Source: an uncultured bacterium
Lineage (GTDB): Bacteria; Verrucomicrobiota; Verrucomicrobiia; Limisphaerales; UBA8199
Length of the DNA stretch: 64,000 nt
Direction of reading: 5' to 3'
Assembly (NCBI GenBank): GCA_963749495.1
Contig: CAVVMW010000006.1
Location: 864,001-928,000 of the forward strand
In this document: one piece after another, positions 24,736 through 35,210 of the stretch
Numbering within the stretch: the first letter of the stretch is position 1
Layout of the letters: every line of letters starts with the position of its first letter
Made by a program: the position numbers and the translations under genes
The notes under the pieces: model-generated
Told to the model about the DNA's origin: nothing
The model's database searches: none
Seen by the model: the letters and a program-made list of their open reading frames with translations, nothing else

Positions 24736-25005
24736 ATGACAAAATCGGTTACAGTCAGTGTCAAGATCCCTGCGCGGATTTTGGAGCACATCCCGCCACC
24801 TGGACATGGACGCAGCGGCTTCATTGTGCGCGCCATCGAGGAGAAGCTGGCTCGAAAAGAAACCGCGCCATGGGAACCAACGACGGCGTGCGGGCGCAGG
24901 CTGGCAGCGCTGCTGGAAAAAGGCAAACACGAGCGCGGCCCGGACTTGACTCTGGAAGAACTGGAAGCTGAGATTCGAGAGCGGCGTGGAGGTGTCCGAT
25001 GGTGA
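24736..25005 (+). CDS. Putative ribbon-helix-helix antitoxin
   Basis: VTVSVKIP...RSGFIVRAIEEKL; overlaps the PIN gene start. Confidence 0.7.
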   Translation: MTKSVTVSVKIPARILEHIPPPGHGRSGFIVRAIEEKLARKETAPWEPTTACGRRLAALLEKGKHERGPDLTLEELEAEIRERRGGVRW

Positions 25006-25397
25006 CTTACCTGGACAGCGGCGTTTTGCTTGCCGCGTGGAAGAATGCGGAATTGCGCCCGGCCGCCCTGCGCGTCCTTGAAGATTCGGAGCGCGAGTTC
25101 GCCACCTCGCAACTGGCAAAACTCGAATTGCTGCCCAAGCCGGCTTTTGAGAAGCGCCCTGTTGAGACGGCCTTTTACCAATCCCACTTCGCGGAAGCCG
25201 CGTTGCAACCGCTCGACGAACAATTGGGCGACGACGCGCAGGCCCTCGCCGAAAAATACGGCCTTGCCGCCGTGGATGCGCTTCACATTGCCGCCGCTCT
25301 GCGGTTGGGAGCCCAAGAATTCTACACCTCCGAGAAACCTGGCAAACCGATGTTCCGTGTGAAGGAGTTGAAAGTCATTTCGCTCCACTCACTCTAA
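24999..25397 (+). CDS. PIN/VapC-family toxin
   Basis: TYLDSGVLL...LELLPKP...DALHIAAA...FYTSE. Confidence 0.85.
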   Translation: MVTYLDSGVLLAAWKNAELRPAALRVLEDSEREFATSQLAKLELLPKPAFEKRPVETAFYQSHFAEAALQPLDEQLGDDAQALAEKYGLAAVDALHIAAALRLGAQEFYTSEKPGKPMFRVKELKVISLHSL

Positions 25398-25443
25398 GGC
25401 TCTCTCGCTTGATTGTCCCGCTCTCCTGTCCGAGCGGTTTCTC

Positions 25444-25635
25444 ATGACTGATGACCGGAAAGAAGATGTGGATTCCTTGCCGGAGGCTCCTCCGGCCCCG
25501 GATCCGGCGGCGCGCCCGCTCCAGGGAGAACCCTGGCGCTGGTGCCCCCGTTGCGGCCACGAGCTGCAGAATCAGAAATGCCACCTGCGCTGCCCCCGCT
25601 GCCACTACTTCCTCAGTTGCTCGGATTTTGACTGA
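25444..25635 (+). CDS. Small double-CxxC zinc-finger protein
   Basis: CPRCGHEL...CHLRCPRCHYFLSCSDF. Confidence 0.65.
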   Translation: MTDDRKEDVDSLPEAPPAPDPAARPLQGEPWRWCPRCGHELQNQKCHLRCPRCHYFLSCSDFD

Positions 25636-25700
25636 GCGCAACGGCCAATCCAGATACAAACTGGCACAGCCCCGATCGATGCCGCCGCATCAGGCCGCCT

Positions 25701-25788
25701 CTTCGTTTCCTCCGTTTCCTTCTGTTCTGTTCCTGTGCCCAGCCGACGGGATGCAGGAAAGGAACAGAAGGAAACGGAGGAAACGAAG
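25701..25788. repeat. Perfect 27-bp inverted repeat built from 9-mer units
   Basis: cttcgtttcctccgtttccttctgttc-N34-gaacagaaggaaacggaggaaacgaag. Confidence 0.85.
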
Positions 25789-25944
25789 GATTGAAGAGCC
25801 AGATCAACTCTGGGAGCTACGACCTGCGGGTCCAAGAAGAATTCTGTCTCACGCCCCCTTGCCGGCGCCGCTCGTGCCGGCATCCACCTGACAACCCGGC
25901 CGGTTTCGTGTAGATTCCGGTGTAACGGAAATCGCAGATTCAAG

Positions 25945-26874
25945 ATGAAGACCGCCGTGACCGGGGCGTTTGGCTACTCAGGCCGCTGTATTGCCGAGCG
26001 ATTGCTCGACGAAGGCCACGAGGTCATAACACTGACCAACTCCTTGGGGCGGGAGAACCCGTTCGGCGACACGGTCCGGGCGTTTCCTTTTCATTTCGCA
26101 GAGCCCGGCCGGTTGCGCGAGTCGCTTCGGGGCGTGGACGTGCTGTTCAATACGTATTGGGTGCGGTTCGAGCACCGGCTCTTCTCGCACAGTGAAGCGG
26201 TGCGCAACACGAAGGTCCTGTTCCACGCCGCACAGGAGGCGGGAGTGCGGCGGATCGTTCACCTCAGCATCACCAACCCGGACCTCAAGTCGGACCTGTC
26301 CTATTTCCGGGGCAAGGCCGAGGTGGAGTTGGCGCTCAAGGCCCTGGGCGTCTCCTATTTCATCCTGCGCCCGGCCGTCCTGTTTGGGAAGGAGGACGTC
26401 CTGATCAACAACATCGCCTGGTCCCTCCGCCATCTGCCGGTCTTCGCCGTCTTCGGCTCCGGAGACTATAAGCTCCAGCCGATCCATGTGGATGACCTGG
26501 CGGCGGCGGCGGTTGAAAAGGCAATGGGTGGGGCGGATGAAATCGTCAACGCCATTGGGCCTGAGACCTTCACCTACAGGGAACTGGCGAAGACGGTCCG
26601 GCGGGCGCTGGGCCTCAAACGGCTGATCGTCGGCGTCCCTCCCGCCCTGGGGTATTGGGGCGGACGGGCCCTGGGGCTGCTCGTGCGAGACGTCGTCCTC
26701 ACGCGCCAGGAGATCCGCGGCCTGATGGAAGGCCGGCTCTGCGTGGACGCCCCGCCCCTGGGCGCCACCCGGCTGACCGCCTGGCTGGACGAGCACCGCG
26801 CCACGCTCGGCCGCCACTACGCCAACGAACTGGCCCGCCGCACCAGCCAGACCGCAGGCTACCGAGCCTATTGA
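25945..26874 (+). CDS. NAD(P)-binding SDR/epimerase (NDUFA9-like)
   Basis: AVTGAFGYSG Rossmann motif, YFRGKAEVE, ILRPAVLFG, QPIHVDDLA. Confidence 0.85.
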   Translation: MKTAVTGAFGYSGRCIAERLLDEGHEVITLTNSLGRENPFGDTVRAFPFHFAEPGRLRESLRGVDVLFNTYWVRFEHRLFSHSEAVRNTKVLFHAAQEAGVRRIVHLSITNPDLKSDLSYFRGKAEVELALKALGVSYFILRPAVLFGKEDVLINNIAWSLRHLPVFAVFGSGDYKLQPIHVDDLAAAAVEKAMGGADEIVNAIGPETFTYRELAKTVRRALGLKRLIVGVPPALGYWGGRALGLLVRDVVLTRQEIRGLMEGRLCVDAPPLGATRLTAWLDEHRATLGRHYANELARRTSQTAGYRAY

Positions 26875-27022
26875 GGTTCAATGACCCTCAGGCCCGGCAC
26901 GGCGCCAAAGATCAGATCATCAGATTCTATGCGGTCGTCAAGACAACCGGCGGGACTTCGCGACTTTGGCTGCGCGCGCCGAGGAGGCGGAGGTATGTGC
27001 CCGGGCTCGGACCGGGCGCCGC

Positions 27023-27586
27023 TCACACGGCCACACCCTCGTAAACGGCCTTGAGCGGCAGCTTGAAATCCAAGGACGCCAACCGCAGGACTTCATCCGG
27101 CCCTCGCAGGATGGCCGGTTGCCAGCGGTCCGCGCGCCGGAAGACGCTCACCTCCATTCTCTCCTGGGCCACCAGGACATATTCCTCCAGGGTCTCGATT
27201 TGCCGATAGCTGAGGAATTTCTCGCGGCGATCGATGGCCTCGGTGCCCTCGGACAACACCTCGATAATGACTTTGGGAAGGCGCTTAAAGTAGCGGTCCT
27301 GATCGCGCGGGTCACAGGCCACCATCACGTCCGGGTAATAAAAAACGTCCTCGCCCGCCAACTGCAGACGGACCTTGCCATCCGACATTTGGACCCGGCA
27401 AGCCGTGTTTCGGAGATGATTGCGCAGCGCGAAGGCAAGATTCATCGCGAGGGCGATGTGTTCATCGCTGGCGCCGGCCATCGCATAGACCAAACCCCCG
27501 AGGTATTCGTGGCGCACCTCGCTGTACTGCTCGGCGGCCAAGTAATCCTCGACGCTCATCCCTTCGGCCCGTCGCACGGCTTCCAT
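27023..27586 (-). CDS. Uma2-family (DUF820) putative restriction-like endonuclease
   Basis: RHEYLGG..YAMAGAS..H, YYPDVMV.C, IEVLSEGTE..DRREK..Y. Confidence 0.88.
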   Translation of the reverse strand: MEAVRRAEGMSVEDYLAAEQYSEVRHEYLGGLVYAMAGASDEHIALAMNLAFALRNHLRNTACRVQMSDGKVRLQLAGEDVFYYPDVMVACDPRDQDRYFKRLPKVIIEVLSEGTEAIDRREKFLSYRQIETLEEYVLVAQERMEVSVFRRADRWQPAILRGPDEVLRLASLDFKLPLKAVYEGVAV

Positions 27587-27684
27587 TCGCGCAATCATCG
27601 CCCATCCGCATGCCCTTGACAAGGGATGTTTCTTGCACAGCCCTTAGTACCGGGCGGACCACCCGGCAAACGCCATGACGGGCC

Positions 27685-29124
27685 TCACTGGTCCTTGTCT
27701 TTCTCCTTGTTCTGCCGTTCAGCCTTGATTTCCTGTGCCTTGGCCTTTGCCTTGGCGATAGCCGGGAGTGCGACCGCCGCGGCAATGGCAGCCGGGGCAA
27801 CCGAGGCCGCCAGGAGCACTTTGGCCGGGTGCTGATTGCCGTTGCCCACCAGGAGCCAACCCTGGTCGGTATTGCCCCAGACATCATAGCAGCAGGACAC
27901 GTTGGCCGAGGTCAAGAAGGAGTGGAGCCACGCTCTCTGTTTGTCGTCCGCATTGCCCGCGGCGCTCAAGGCGCGGCTTTGGAGCATGCCGACGGTTTCT
28001 CCCAGGCGCCGGCTGATGAAGCAGAACTTGTTGCCCTGGTCCGGGACACCCTGGGCCAAGTGGAGGAATTCCGGGGTGGATTTGAGCCCGGGCTTTTGGC
28101 CGGCCTGGACGGCCAGCGCCTCCTCGATGAGGGTGTCGGTGGTCGCGACAAGGAGGCAATCGCCGGTGCGGGCGATGCTGGGGCGCAACGGCAGGGGCAG
28201 CGGCAGCGGGATGGACACCGTGCGCATCTTGAGGCCGGGCCTGTCGGTTGACTCGACTTGCTGGCCCGAGTCCTTGAGGGCCTTGTCCACGCGGTCGAAG
28301 ATCGTGTTGTCTTTGACCTTCAGGACGAGCATCAGGCCCGGTTCGGGGATTTCCAGGGGCTCGGGCAGGGGGACCGGGAGGGTGAGTTTCTTGGTCTGGT
28401 CCAGAGTGAAAACCAGGCCGTATTCGCCGCCGAGCGAGGCGAGCACCTGGTCCCACTGCAGACCTGTAGCCATCTGAAAACCGTCCGACACGTGCCTGAG
28501 CAACTCCTCGGCCTGGGGGAATCCCGACTGGGCGGCCTCCTTCTCGATGGCGGACCAAACCATGGCCAGGTCGCAGTCCGAGAAGGCGGCCAGCACCGTG
28601 TTTGTGGGGAGCAGGCCCAGGCCCGACAGGGGATGCACCGTCTTGCCGAAGGCCGTCCAGAGGAAACCGGAGCCCTTGCCCTTGTAATGGTGCAACAGCA
28701 GCTTGCCGTGGTAGAGGTTGGTCTCCAGGGCGACGGAGTTCATGCCCAGCCCGCTGATGTCCTCGATGCCGCTGTGCTTGATCACGCGCGTGGCGATGTC
28801 GAAGCCCTTGTTGATGTTCTCACGGCTCTCGGATGTGACGTTGGGCATGGCCCCGAATAGGTTGCGCAAGCCGGAGATCTTGCCGGAAATGCCCTCGAGC
28901 AGTTTTTCGGTGCTCAAATAGAAATAAAAGTCGCCGCCCGGGTCCAGTTGGGCAGTGACCTCCTGGAAGCTGTTCTTGTCGGCCGAGGCCAGCTTCTCGG
29001 CCGCCTGGCCTTGCTGGCCGCTCAAGACTGCCGAGCCGAGCAGGACAGCCGCGAGGAGAACACCGACCGCCAAGCGGTTTCTTGACGGTTTATCCGTGGG
29101 AGAAGATTGATTATCTGTTTTCAT
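27685..29124 (-). CDS. Exported hypothetical protein with C-terminal hydrophobic helix
   Basis: Long ORF with a signal-like N-terminus, ending AAIAAAVALPAIAKAK; no family recognised. Confidence 0.7.
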   Translation of the reverse strand: MKTDNQSSPTDKPSRNRLAVGVLLAAVLLGSAVLSGQQGQAAEKLASADKNSFQEVTAQLDPGGDFYFYLSTEKLLEGISGKISGLRNLFGAMPNVTSESRENINKGFDIATRVIKHSGIEDISGLGMNSVALETNLYHGKLLLHHYKGKGSGFLWTAFGKTVHPLSGLGLLPTNTVLAAFSDCDLAMVWSAIEKEAAQSGFPQAEELLRHVSDGFQMATGLQWDQVLASLGGEYGLVFTLDQTKKLTLPVPLPEPLEIPEPGLMLVLKVKDNTIFDRVDKALKDSGQQVESTDRPGLKMRTVSIPLPLPLPLRPSIARTGDCLLVATTDTLIEEALAVQAGQKPGLKSTPEFLHLAQGVPDQGNKFCFISRRLGETVGMLQSRALSAAGNADDKQRAWLHSFLTSANVSCCYDVWGNTDQGWLLVGNGNQHPAKVLLAASVAPAAIAAAVALPAIAKAKAKAQEIKAERQNKEKDKDQ

Positions 29125-29245
29125 AGGGCTCATGTTTGGCAACGTTTCGGCCATGATAGACGCAGGCGGCACAGGGTCAATGTCAGAGTCGCTATAAATT
29201 GGCCGGCTGTTTGGAATGAGGCGGGGCGCAGAAGCGGCAGCGCCT

Positions 29246-29576
29246 CAGTGAAGGCGCGAGCGCCATCGCGGGGAGGCCCCTCACCCCAACCCTCTCCCCA
29301 CCCGCTGCGACGGCGCGGCAGCGCGGCGAGTCGGATGGGGAGAGGGCGAATTCCGGGCGGCGGCTTGAAGATGCGGAGGCGCCTGGAAAATCCAGGGACT
29401 GCCGCTGCTTCTCCCTCTCCCCTTCGGAAGGGGAGAGGGCGAATTCCGGGCGGCGGCTTGAAGATGCGGAGACGCCTGGAAATTCCAGGGACTGCCGCCG
29501 CTTCTCCCTCTCCCCTTCGGAAGGGGAGAGGGTCGGGGTGAGGGGCCCGCCGGGGACTCCGTCTCCGACCTCACTG
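29246..29576. repeat. MITE-like shell with tandem ccctctccc..gggagaggg REP units
   Basis: Ends cagtgaagg / cctcactg; ~96-bp unit repeated; homologous to 43371-43665 and partly to 35603-35655. Confidence 0.7.
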
Positions 29577-29616
29577 GTCCGTTGCCAGAAGCGAGCTTCA
29601 CAATTTGAGGTTTCGA

Positions 29617-29691
29617 TTTACACTCCGGCCATGAAGCACATTCGATATTTCCTGGCTCTTGCCGCAATGGCGGCCGCTGTGGCCTCGACGG
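29617..29691 (+). repeat. Duplicated leader and 5' end of the tricorn protease gene
   Basis: 75 bp with 1 mismatch to 35690..35764; encodes MKHIRYFLALAAMAAAVAST. Confidence 0.9.
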
Positions 29692-29850
29692 TGCCCGGGT
29701 CCCCGTCCCGCTGGAGCAAAGGGGGTCTCCGTGACGCCGCAGTCCTCGTTGCGTTGCGGGTCCTGGAAGCAACCCCTCCGACCTCGCCCAAGCCCCCGTG
29801 AATGGCTCCAGAGGGTGGGTGCCACGCGGGCAAATCAGCCCCGCAGCACG

Positions 29851-31122
29851 TCATAAGTTCCTCAGTCGGTAGAAGCGGCAGCGCCCAGGGGCGTGGACGA
29901 TCACCTGCTGTTGGAGGCAGGCGGAATTCAAGACGGGTTGCGCCGACACATCCGTCCAATTTGGATCGCTCAGATTGGCGCTCTGCTGGAGGACAAACGG
30001 CATCAACGGCACGGTCCAAGAGAGGAGAAGATCGCTTCCAGACCGGGTCGCGCTCAGGACAGGTTTGGGGATCGTCTGAGAGGTGTAGATACTCCCCCCG
30101 CTCTCGGCAGCCACCAGCCTGCACCCGTCCGCGGAAGAGGCAACGGAGACCCACGCCAGGTTTGGCGCACTGTTTGAGACCCAGCTCGCTCCTGCATCGG
30201 CCGAGCTATAGATAGAGGGAGTATATGGAGAGGGAGAAGCGACCGCCACCAGTCTGAAGCCGTCTGCGGAGGAGGCAACGCCCCGCCAATAGTTGCTCGG
30301 CGCGCTGGTCATCGTCCAGGTGCAGCCGGAATCCTTGGAGACATAAATGACCCCGGGGGAGCCGCCTAACATGATGTCCCAGTCCCAGGGACCATAGGTT
30401 GCCGCCACCAACTTGGTCCCATCCCACGAGCTGGCCGCGGACCACCACGTGGTGTTGGTGGGGGAAAACAAGGCCCAGGTGGCGCCCCCGTTCGTGGAAG
30501 CAGCCAGCGTGGTCCCGGCCGCTACGAGGGTGGACCCGTCGGCTGACCATACGCAGTCACGCCCGTTCGTCACCGGCGCTGCAGCCCAGCCCATACCCGA
30601 GTTCGTCGAGGTCCAAACGCCCCAGTAACTGCCTTCGTCCGAGACCGCCGCCAATTTGGTCCCATCTCCCGAAGCGGCCAAAGACTCCCAGTACCCGGTA
30701 AACGGGTCCGTGCTGGTCCACGTGCCACCCGCATCGGTCGAAATGAAGATTGGGACGGCGAACTTTCTATCCCCAGGAATCCAACCCGCTGCGAAGATGC
30801 TGGCTCCGTCTGCCGACAGGGCGACGTAACTCCAGTTCAAAAAGGCTAACGACCCGTCTGGGACGTTCCTTGGCGGCATGGAGGTCCAAGTGGCTCCTGA
30901 GTTCGTTGAGCTGAAAACGGACCCAGGAAAGCAAGTGCCCCACTCGCTGCTCAGGCCAAACGCGGATGCCACGAAGCGGCTGCCGTCCGCTGAACACGCG
31001 ATGGAAGTCCAATTCGTCAGGGGGGCTTGCGTCAGCGTCCAAATTTGGGCGAAGGCCAGATGGGCCGAAACAAACAGACCACCGACCGCAGCCGCGGCCG
31101 GCAGCAGGCATTTTGCTTTCAT
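29851..31122 (-). CDS. Secreted BNR/Asp-box beta-propeller protein with C-terminal RFYRL domain
   Basis: Signal peptide; repeated W..VASSADG..LVA...S.(D/N).G.(T/S)W units. Confidence 0.8.
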   Translation of the reverse strand: MKAKCLLPAAAAVGGLFVSAHLAFAQIWTLTQAPLTNWTSIACSADGSRFVASAFGLSSEWGTCFPGSVFSSTNSGATWTSMPPRNVPDGSLAFLNWSYVALSADGASIFAAGWIPGDRKFAVPIFISTDAGGTWTSTDPFTGYWESLAASGDGTKLAAVSDEGSYWGVWTSTNSGMGWAAAPVTNGRDCVWSADGSTLVAAGTTLAASTNGGATWALFSPTNTTWWSAASSWDGTKLVAATYGPWDWDIMLGGSPGVIYVSKDSGCTWTMTSAPSNYWRGVASSADGFRLVAVASPSPYTPSIYSSADAGASWVSNSAPNLAWVSVASSADGCRLVAAESGGSIYTSQTIPKPVLSATRSGSDLLLSWTVPLMPFVLQQSANLSDPNWTDVSAQPVLNSACLQQQVIVHAPGRCRFYRLRNL

Positions 31123-31311
31123 AAGCTGGAACCCGAATTAGTTGGCATTTCTATCAGACGCCAGGCGACCACATTCGGGGCGGCATGCGCCGCTGCCGTG
31201 ACAAGGACCGCCAAGCCGACAAGAAACGATTTCATCTGGACCTTCGTTGCACGAGATTTATCACAGTCGGCCAATCAGTGTCCAGCAGCCATTGTCCGTG
31301 CGCCGGCCACC

Positions 31312-31496
31312 GGGCGCAACTGGACTCTGCCCCCCTTTGGCAGGGCGCACCAGTTCGTAGCGCAGGTTTCCAAACCTGCTGTATCGCCGACTTCCAGTCG
31401 GCAGGGCGCAGGAAATCGCTGCGCCTGCGGGTTGGAAACCCGCGATACAGCAGACTTGGAAGTCTGCGCTACCGGGGCAGTGCCCCGATTGCGCCC
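31312..31496. mobile_element. MITE (gggcgca...ctgcccc ends) carrying a REP doublet; 9-bp target duplication
   Basis: gggcgcaactggactctgcccc / ggggcagtgccccgattgcgccc; flanks ccggccacc (31303-31311) and ctggccacc (31497-31505). Confidence 0.75.
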
Positions 31497-31523
31497 CTGG
31501 CCACCGACGGCCCGGGGCTGGCA

Positions 31524-31775
31524 CTACCACGTGTTGGCCGGGTCGCCAGTGCGCTTGGTTCCGCAACGGAACATCGGCCAAGCGGTGCTGCCGGGGCCCA
31601 CGTCGCTCCAAAGGGCGTAGAGTTTTCCGTTCTCCGAGCCAACATACAGCACATTATTACCACCAATGACCGGGGAGGAAAAGACACCGCCGCCCGTGTA
31701 GTACGGCCAAGCGGTGGATTTCGATGGAGTTCCGTCCGGATTCAGTGCGTAAACTCTCCCCTCGAAAGAGCCCCG
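31524..31775 (-). pseudogene. 3' fragment of a PQQ-like beta-propeller gene, a diverged duplicate of 34059-34300
   Basis: GRVYALNPDGTPSKSTAWPYYTGG...AWPMFRCGTKRTGDPANTW*. Confidence 0.85.
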
Positions 31776-31866
31776 TAGATCGTGTCCACGGCGGTGGAGA
31801 CCTCGCCGGGGACACCCATGAGCCACAATATCCCGGACAAGGGCACCACCCGGAAGCCGCTTCGCC

Positions 31867-33982
31867 CTACGGTTGGCGTGTGCGGTAGTAACGTGTTGAG
31901 TGGTTGCCGGCGTCCGCATCAATGAACTGCGCCAAGCCGTCGTCACCGGCGAGCGCCTGGCCGATCTTCAGCCAGTTCTGGGCGGACAGGCTCTCGCAGG
32001 CCTCGATGTCGTAGGTGACGCCAGGAACACCGGCCAATCGGATGGTGGCGGTCCCTCCCTGGACGGATACTCCCAGCATGGTCGCTCCTTGTCCGTTGAC
32101 GCCACACAACGCCAGGCTGTGATCCCATCCCGCCGCGATGGCCGTCACACCGCTCAAGCCCGCGGGCACGGTGCTCTGGCCATTATCGTTGTTTCCCCAG
32201 GCCGCGACCGTTCCGTCCTGCTTCAGCGCCAGGCTGTGATCCCCTCCCGCCGCGATGGCCGTCACGCCGCTCAAGCCCGCGGGCACGGTGCTTTGGCCAG
32301 ACCCATTGTATCCCCAGCCGACGACCGTCCCGTCCTGCTTCAGCGCCAGACTGTGATACTCTCCCGCCGCGATGGCCGTCACGCCGCTCAAACCCGCCGG
32401 CACGGTACTTGCGCCATACCCGTTGTTTCCCCAGGCGACGACCGTCCCGTCCTGCTTCAGTGCAAGACTGTGATAGCCTCCCGCCGCGATGGCCGTCACG
32501 CCGCTCAAGCCCGCGGGCACGGTGCTTTGGGCAGAGACATTCAATCCCCAGGCGGCGACCGTCCCGTCCTGCTTCAACGCCAGACTGTGATACTCTCCCG
32601 CCGCGATGGCCGTCACGCCGCTCAAACCCGCGGGCACGGTGCTTTGGCCAATAAAACCAGCGTCCGTCGCCCAGTAATTGTCGCCCCACCCGAGGACCGT
32701 CCCATCCTGCTCCAGCGCCAGGCTGTGATAGCCTCCGGCCGCGATGGCCGTCACGCCGCGCACGCCCGCGGGCACTGTGCAATCCCCGTAGTCATCGTTT
32801 CCCCAGGCGGCGACCGTCGCGTCTTGCTTCAACGCCAGACTGTGATACCCTCCCGCCGCAATGGCCGTCACGCCGCTCAAGCCCGCGGGCACGGTGCTTG
32901 CGCCATCGTCACCGCCTCCCCAGGCGGCGACCGTCCCGTCCTGCGTCAAGGCCAGACTGTGAGAGCCTCCCGCCGCGATGGCCGTCACGCCGCTCAAAGC
33001 CGCGGGCACTGTGCTTTGGCCCTCCGAATTCCATCCCCAGGCGACGACGCTGCCGTCCTGCTTCAGCGCCAGACTGTGATAGTCTCCCGCCGCAATGGCC
33101 GTCACGCCGCTCAAGCCCGCGGGCACCGTGCTCTCGCCAGAGCCGCTGTAGCCCCAGGCGGCGACCGTCCCGTCTTGCGTCAGTGCCAGACTGCGGTGCC
33201 ATCCCGCAGCGATGGCTGCCACGCCGTTCAGGCTTCCGGGCACGGTGCTTTCGCCATAGAAATTTCCTCCCCAGGCGACGACTGTCCCGTCCTGCATCAG
33301 CGCGAGACTGTGAGAAATTCCCGCCGCGATCGCCGTCACGCCGGTCAAACCCGCGGGCACGGTGCTTTGGCCATAGTTGGGAATCTCTGAAGTCCCAGGT
33401 GTACCCGCACCCCAGGCGACGACCGTCCCGTCCTGCTTCAGCGCCAGGCTGTGATACCATCCCGCCGCGATGGCCGTCACGCCGCTCAAGCCCGCGGGCA
33501 CGGTGCTTTGGCCACTGCTATTGTCTCCCCAGGCCACGACCGTCCCGTCCGGCTTCAACGCCAGGCTATGCGATGCTCCGGCGGCCACCTTCGTGAAGGC
33601 GGCTCCAAAGTCATTCAAGGGAAAGACCACTTGGGCGCCCCATCCGGCCACTTTTCCCGCGGCCCCCGGTTCGGGCTGGCAACGTGTGAAGGGCCGCCAC
33701 TGAGGCGAGTATGCCCAGCAACCGCGCTGAGCGCGAAACCGCCAACCCGCCTCGAAGGCTGCGGCCCCGCCCCGTCCCCGTAAGCGCCGCAACTCCCGCC
33801 AGGGCCAGCCTGCTCAGAATCCGCCAGGCCCCCGCCTGGGGCACCCTTAGTCGCCCCCCAAACTCCAGGCTCCCACTGACCAACAGGTTGGGGGTGAGCC
33901 CGAATTCGTCCGCAACTTTAGCAGGGCCGGCGCGATTCAGCCCGGCTGGAGCCTTTGTCATGCCTGTTCCATCCTCTTTCAT
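31867..33982 (-). CDS. Secreted RCC1/BLIP-II repeat protein with C-terminal RYYRT domain; frameshift near 33665
   Basis: About 13 repeats of VPAGLSGVTAIAAG..HSLALKQDGTV..WG; the signal-like region lies in the 33611..33982 frame. Confidence 0.85.
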
Positions 33983-34058
33983 AACCTAGCCAAAAATCCG
34001 TGGGTTTCAGATCAGCTTACGGACAATCCGGCGTTGCAGTGACGCCCCGGGTCTGCCA

Positions 34059-35210
34059 CTACCACGTGTTCGCCGGGTCGCCAGTGCGCTTGCTTCCGCA
34101 GCGGAACATCGGCCAAGCCGTGCTGCCGGGGCCCACGTCGTTCCAAAGGGCGTAAAGTTTTCCGCTCGCGGAGCCAACATACAGTATATTATTAGCACCA
34201 ATCACCGGGGAGGAAAAGACATCTCCGCCAGTATAGAAGGGCCACATGGTGGACTTGGAGGGAGTGCCGTAGGGATCGAGCGCGTAAATCTTGCCGTCCC
34301 TGCAGCCGAAAATAATCGTGCCGCCCGCTGCAATGGCTGGCGAGCTGTCAATCTCGTAACCCGCCGTGTACGGCCATTTGTACGGCAATGTGGATTTCAC
34401 CTGCCCGCTTGCCGGATCCAGAGCATACATCTTGTAATTCTGGGACCCCACGTAAACCGTTCCGTCGGGCCCAAGAGCGGCAGAGGATTCGATGGCCGCG
34501 CCCGTATTGTACAGCCACTTGAGGCTTCCATTCGTCAGGGCGTAGATTTTTCCGTCGAAGGAGCCGACATAAACGGTCCCGTTGCTCGCGATGGTGGGCG
34601 AGGCATAGACGTAGCCGCCCGTAGTGTACGGCCATCCGGGCTTGTCGGTACCGTTCGTGGGATTCAGTCCGTACACCTTCCCGTCCATGCCGCCGATGTA
34701 AACGGTTCCGTCTTGGCCGATGGCGGGCGAGGAGTAGAGCGTGTTGCCGGTGGCCCTGGACCATTTCAACGTGCCGGAGGGGTTGAGCGCGTAGATGTGG
34801 TCATCGCCGCTGCCGAAATAAACCGTGCCATCCGTGCCGATGGCCGGGGACGAAAAGACGTTGCCAGCGGTGGGGTAGCCCCACGTGCAAGTCCCGTTCG
34901 GGTTCACGGCAAACAGCACGCCGTCATAACAACCGGCGTAGATTGTGCCGTCCGGCCCTATGGCCGGCGAGGAGTAGAAGCTCCAGTTCCCATAAAAGCC
35001 CGGGAAGCTCCATTTCAGGGTGCCATTGGTGTTGATCGCATAGAGGCAGCAGGCCGTAGAGACGGCGCCGACGTAGATGGTCCCATCACATCCGATAGCC
35101 GGCGAGGCCTTCTCCGTCATACTGTCAAACACACCGCGAATGATTTCCATCTCGCGCCCGGAAAGGTCCAGAGAGGTGGCGACTTGCTTCCATGCGTGTT
35201 GGCTGAGCAT
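34059..35210 (-). pseudogene. PQQ-like (BamB-type) beta-propeller with its N-terminus replaced by a LuxR-HTH fragment
   Basis: Repeated SSPAIG.DGT(V/I)Y.G..DG..YAL.P; preceded in frame by LDLSGREMEIIRGVFD, a LuxR-like start, with no signal peptide. Confidence 0.7.

Noticed and set aside
29290..29540. CRISPR or integron attC array
   Set aside because: The spacers are near-identical to each other and the units are REP-type hairpins; no integrase or cassette ORFs lie between them
32090..33580. CRISPR-like array of ~120-bp period
   Set aside because: These are in-frame RCC1 protein repeats; the variable parts are short coding loops and no cas genes are seen
31510..34300. Diversity-generating retroelement template/variable repeat pair at the PQQ gene 3' end
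   Set aside because: Mismatches are not adenine-specific (many are G/C changes at third positions) and no reverse transcriptase is present in the window
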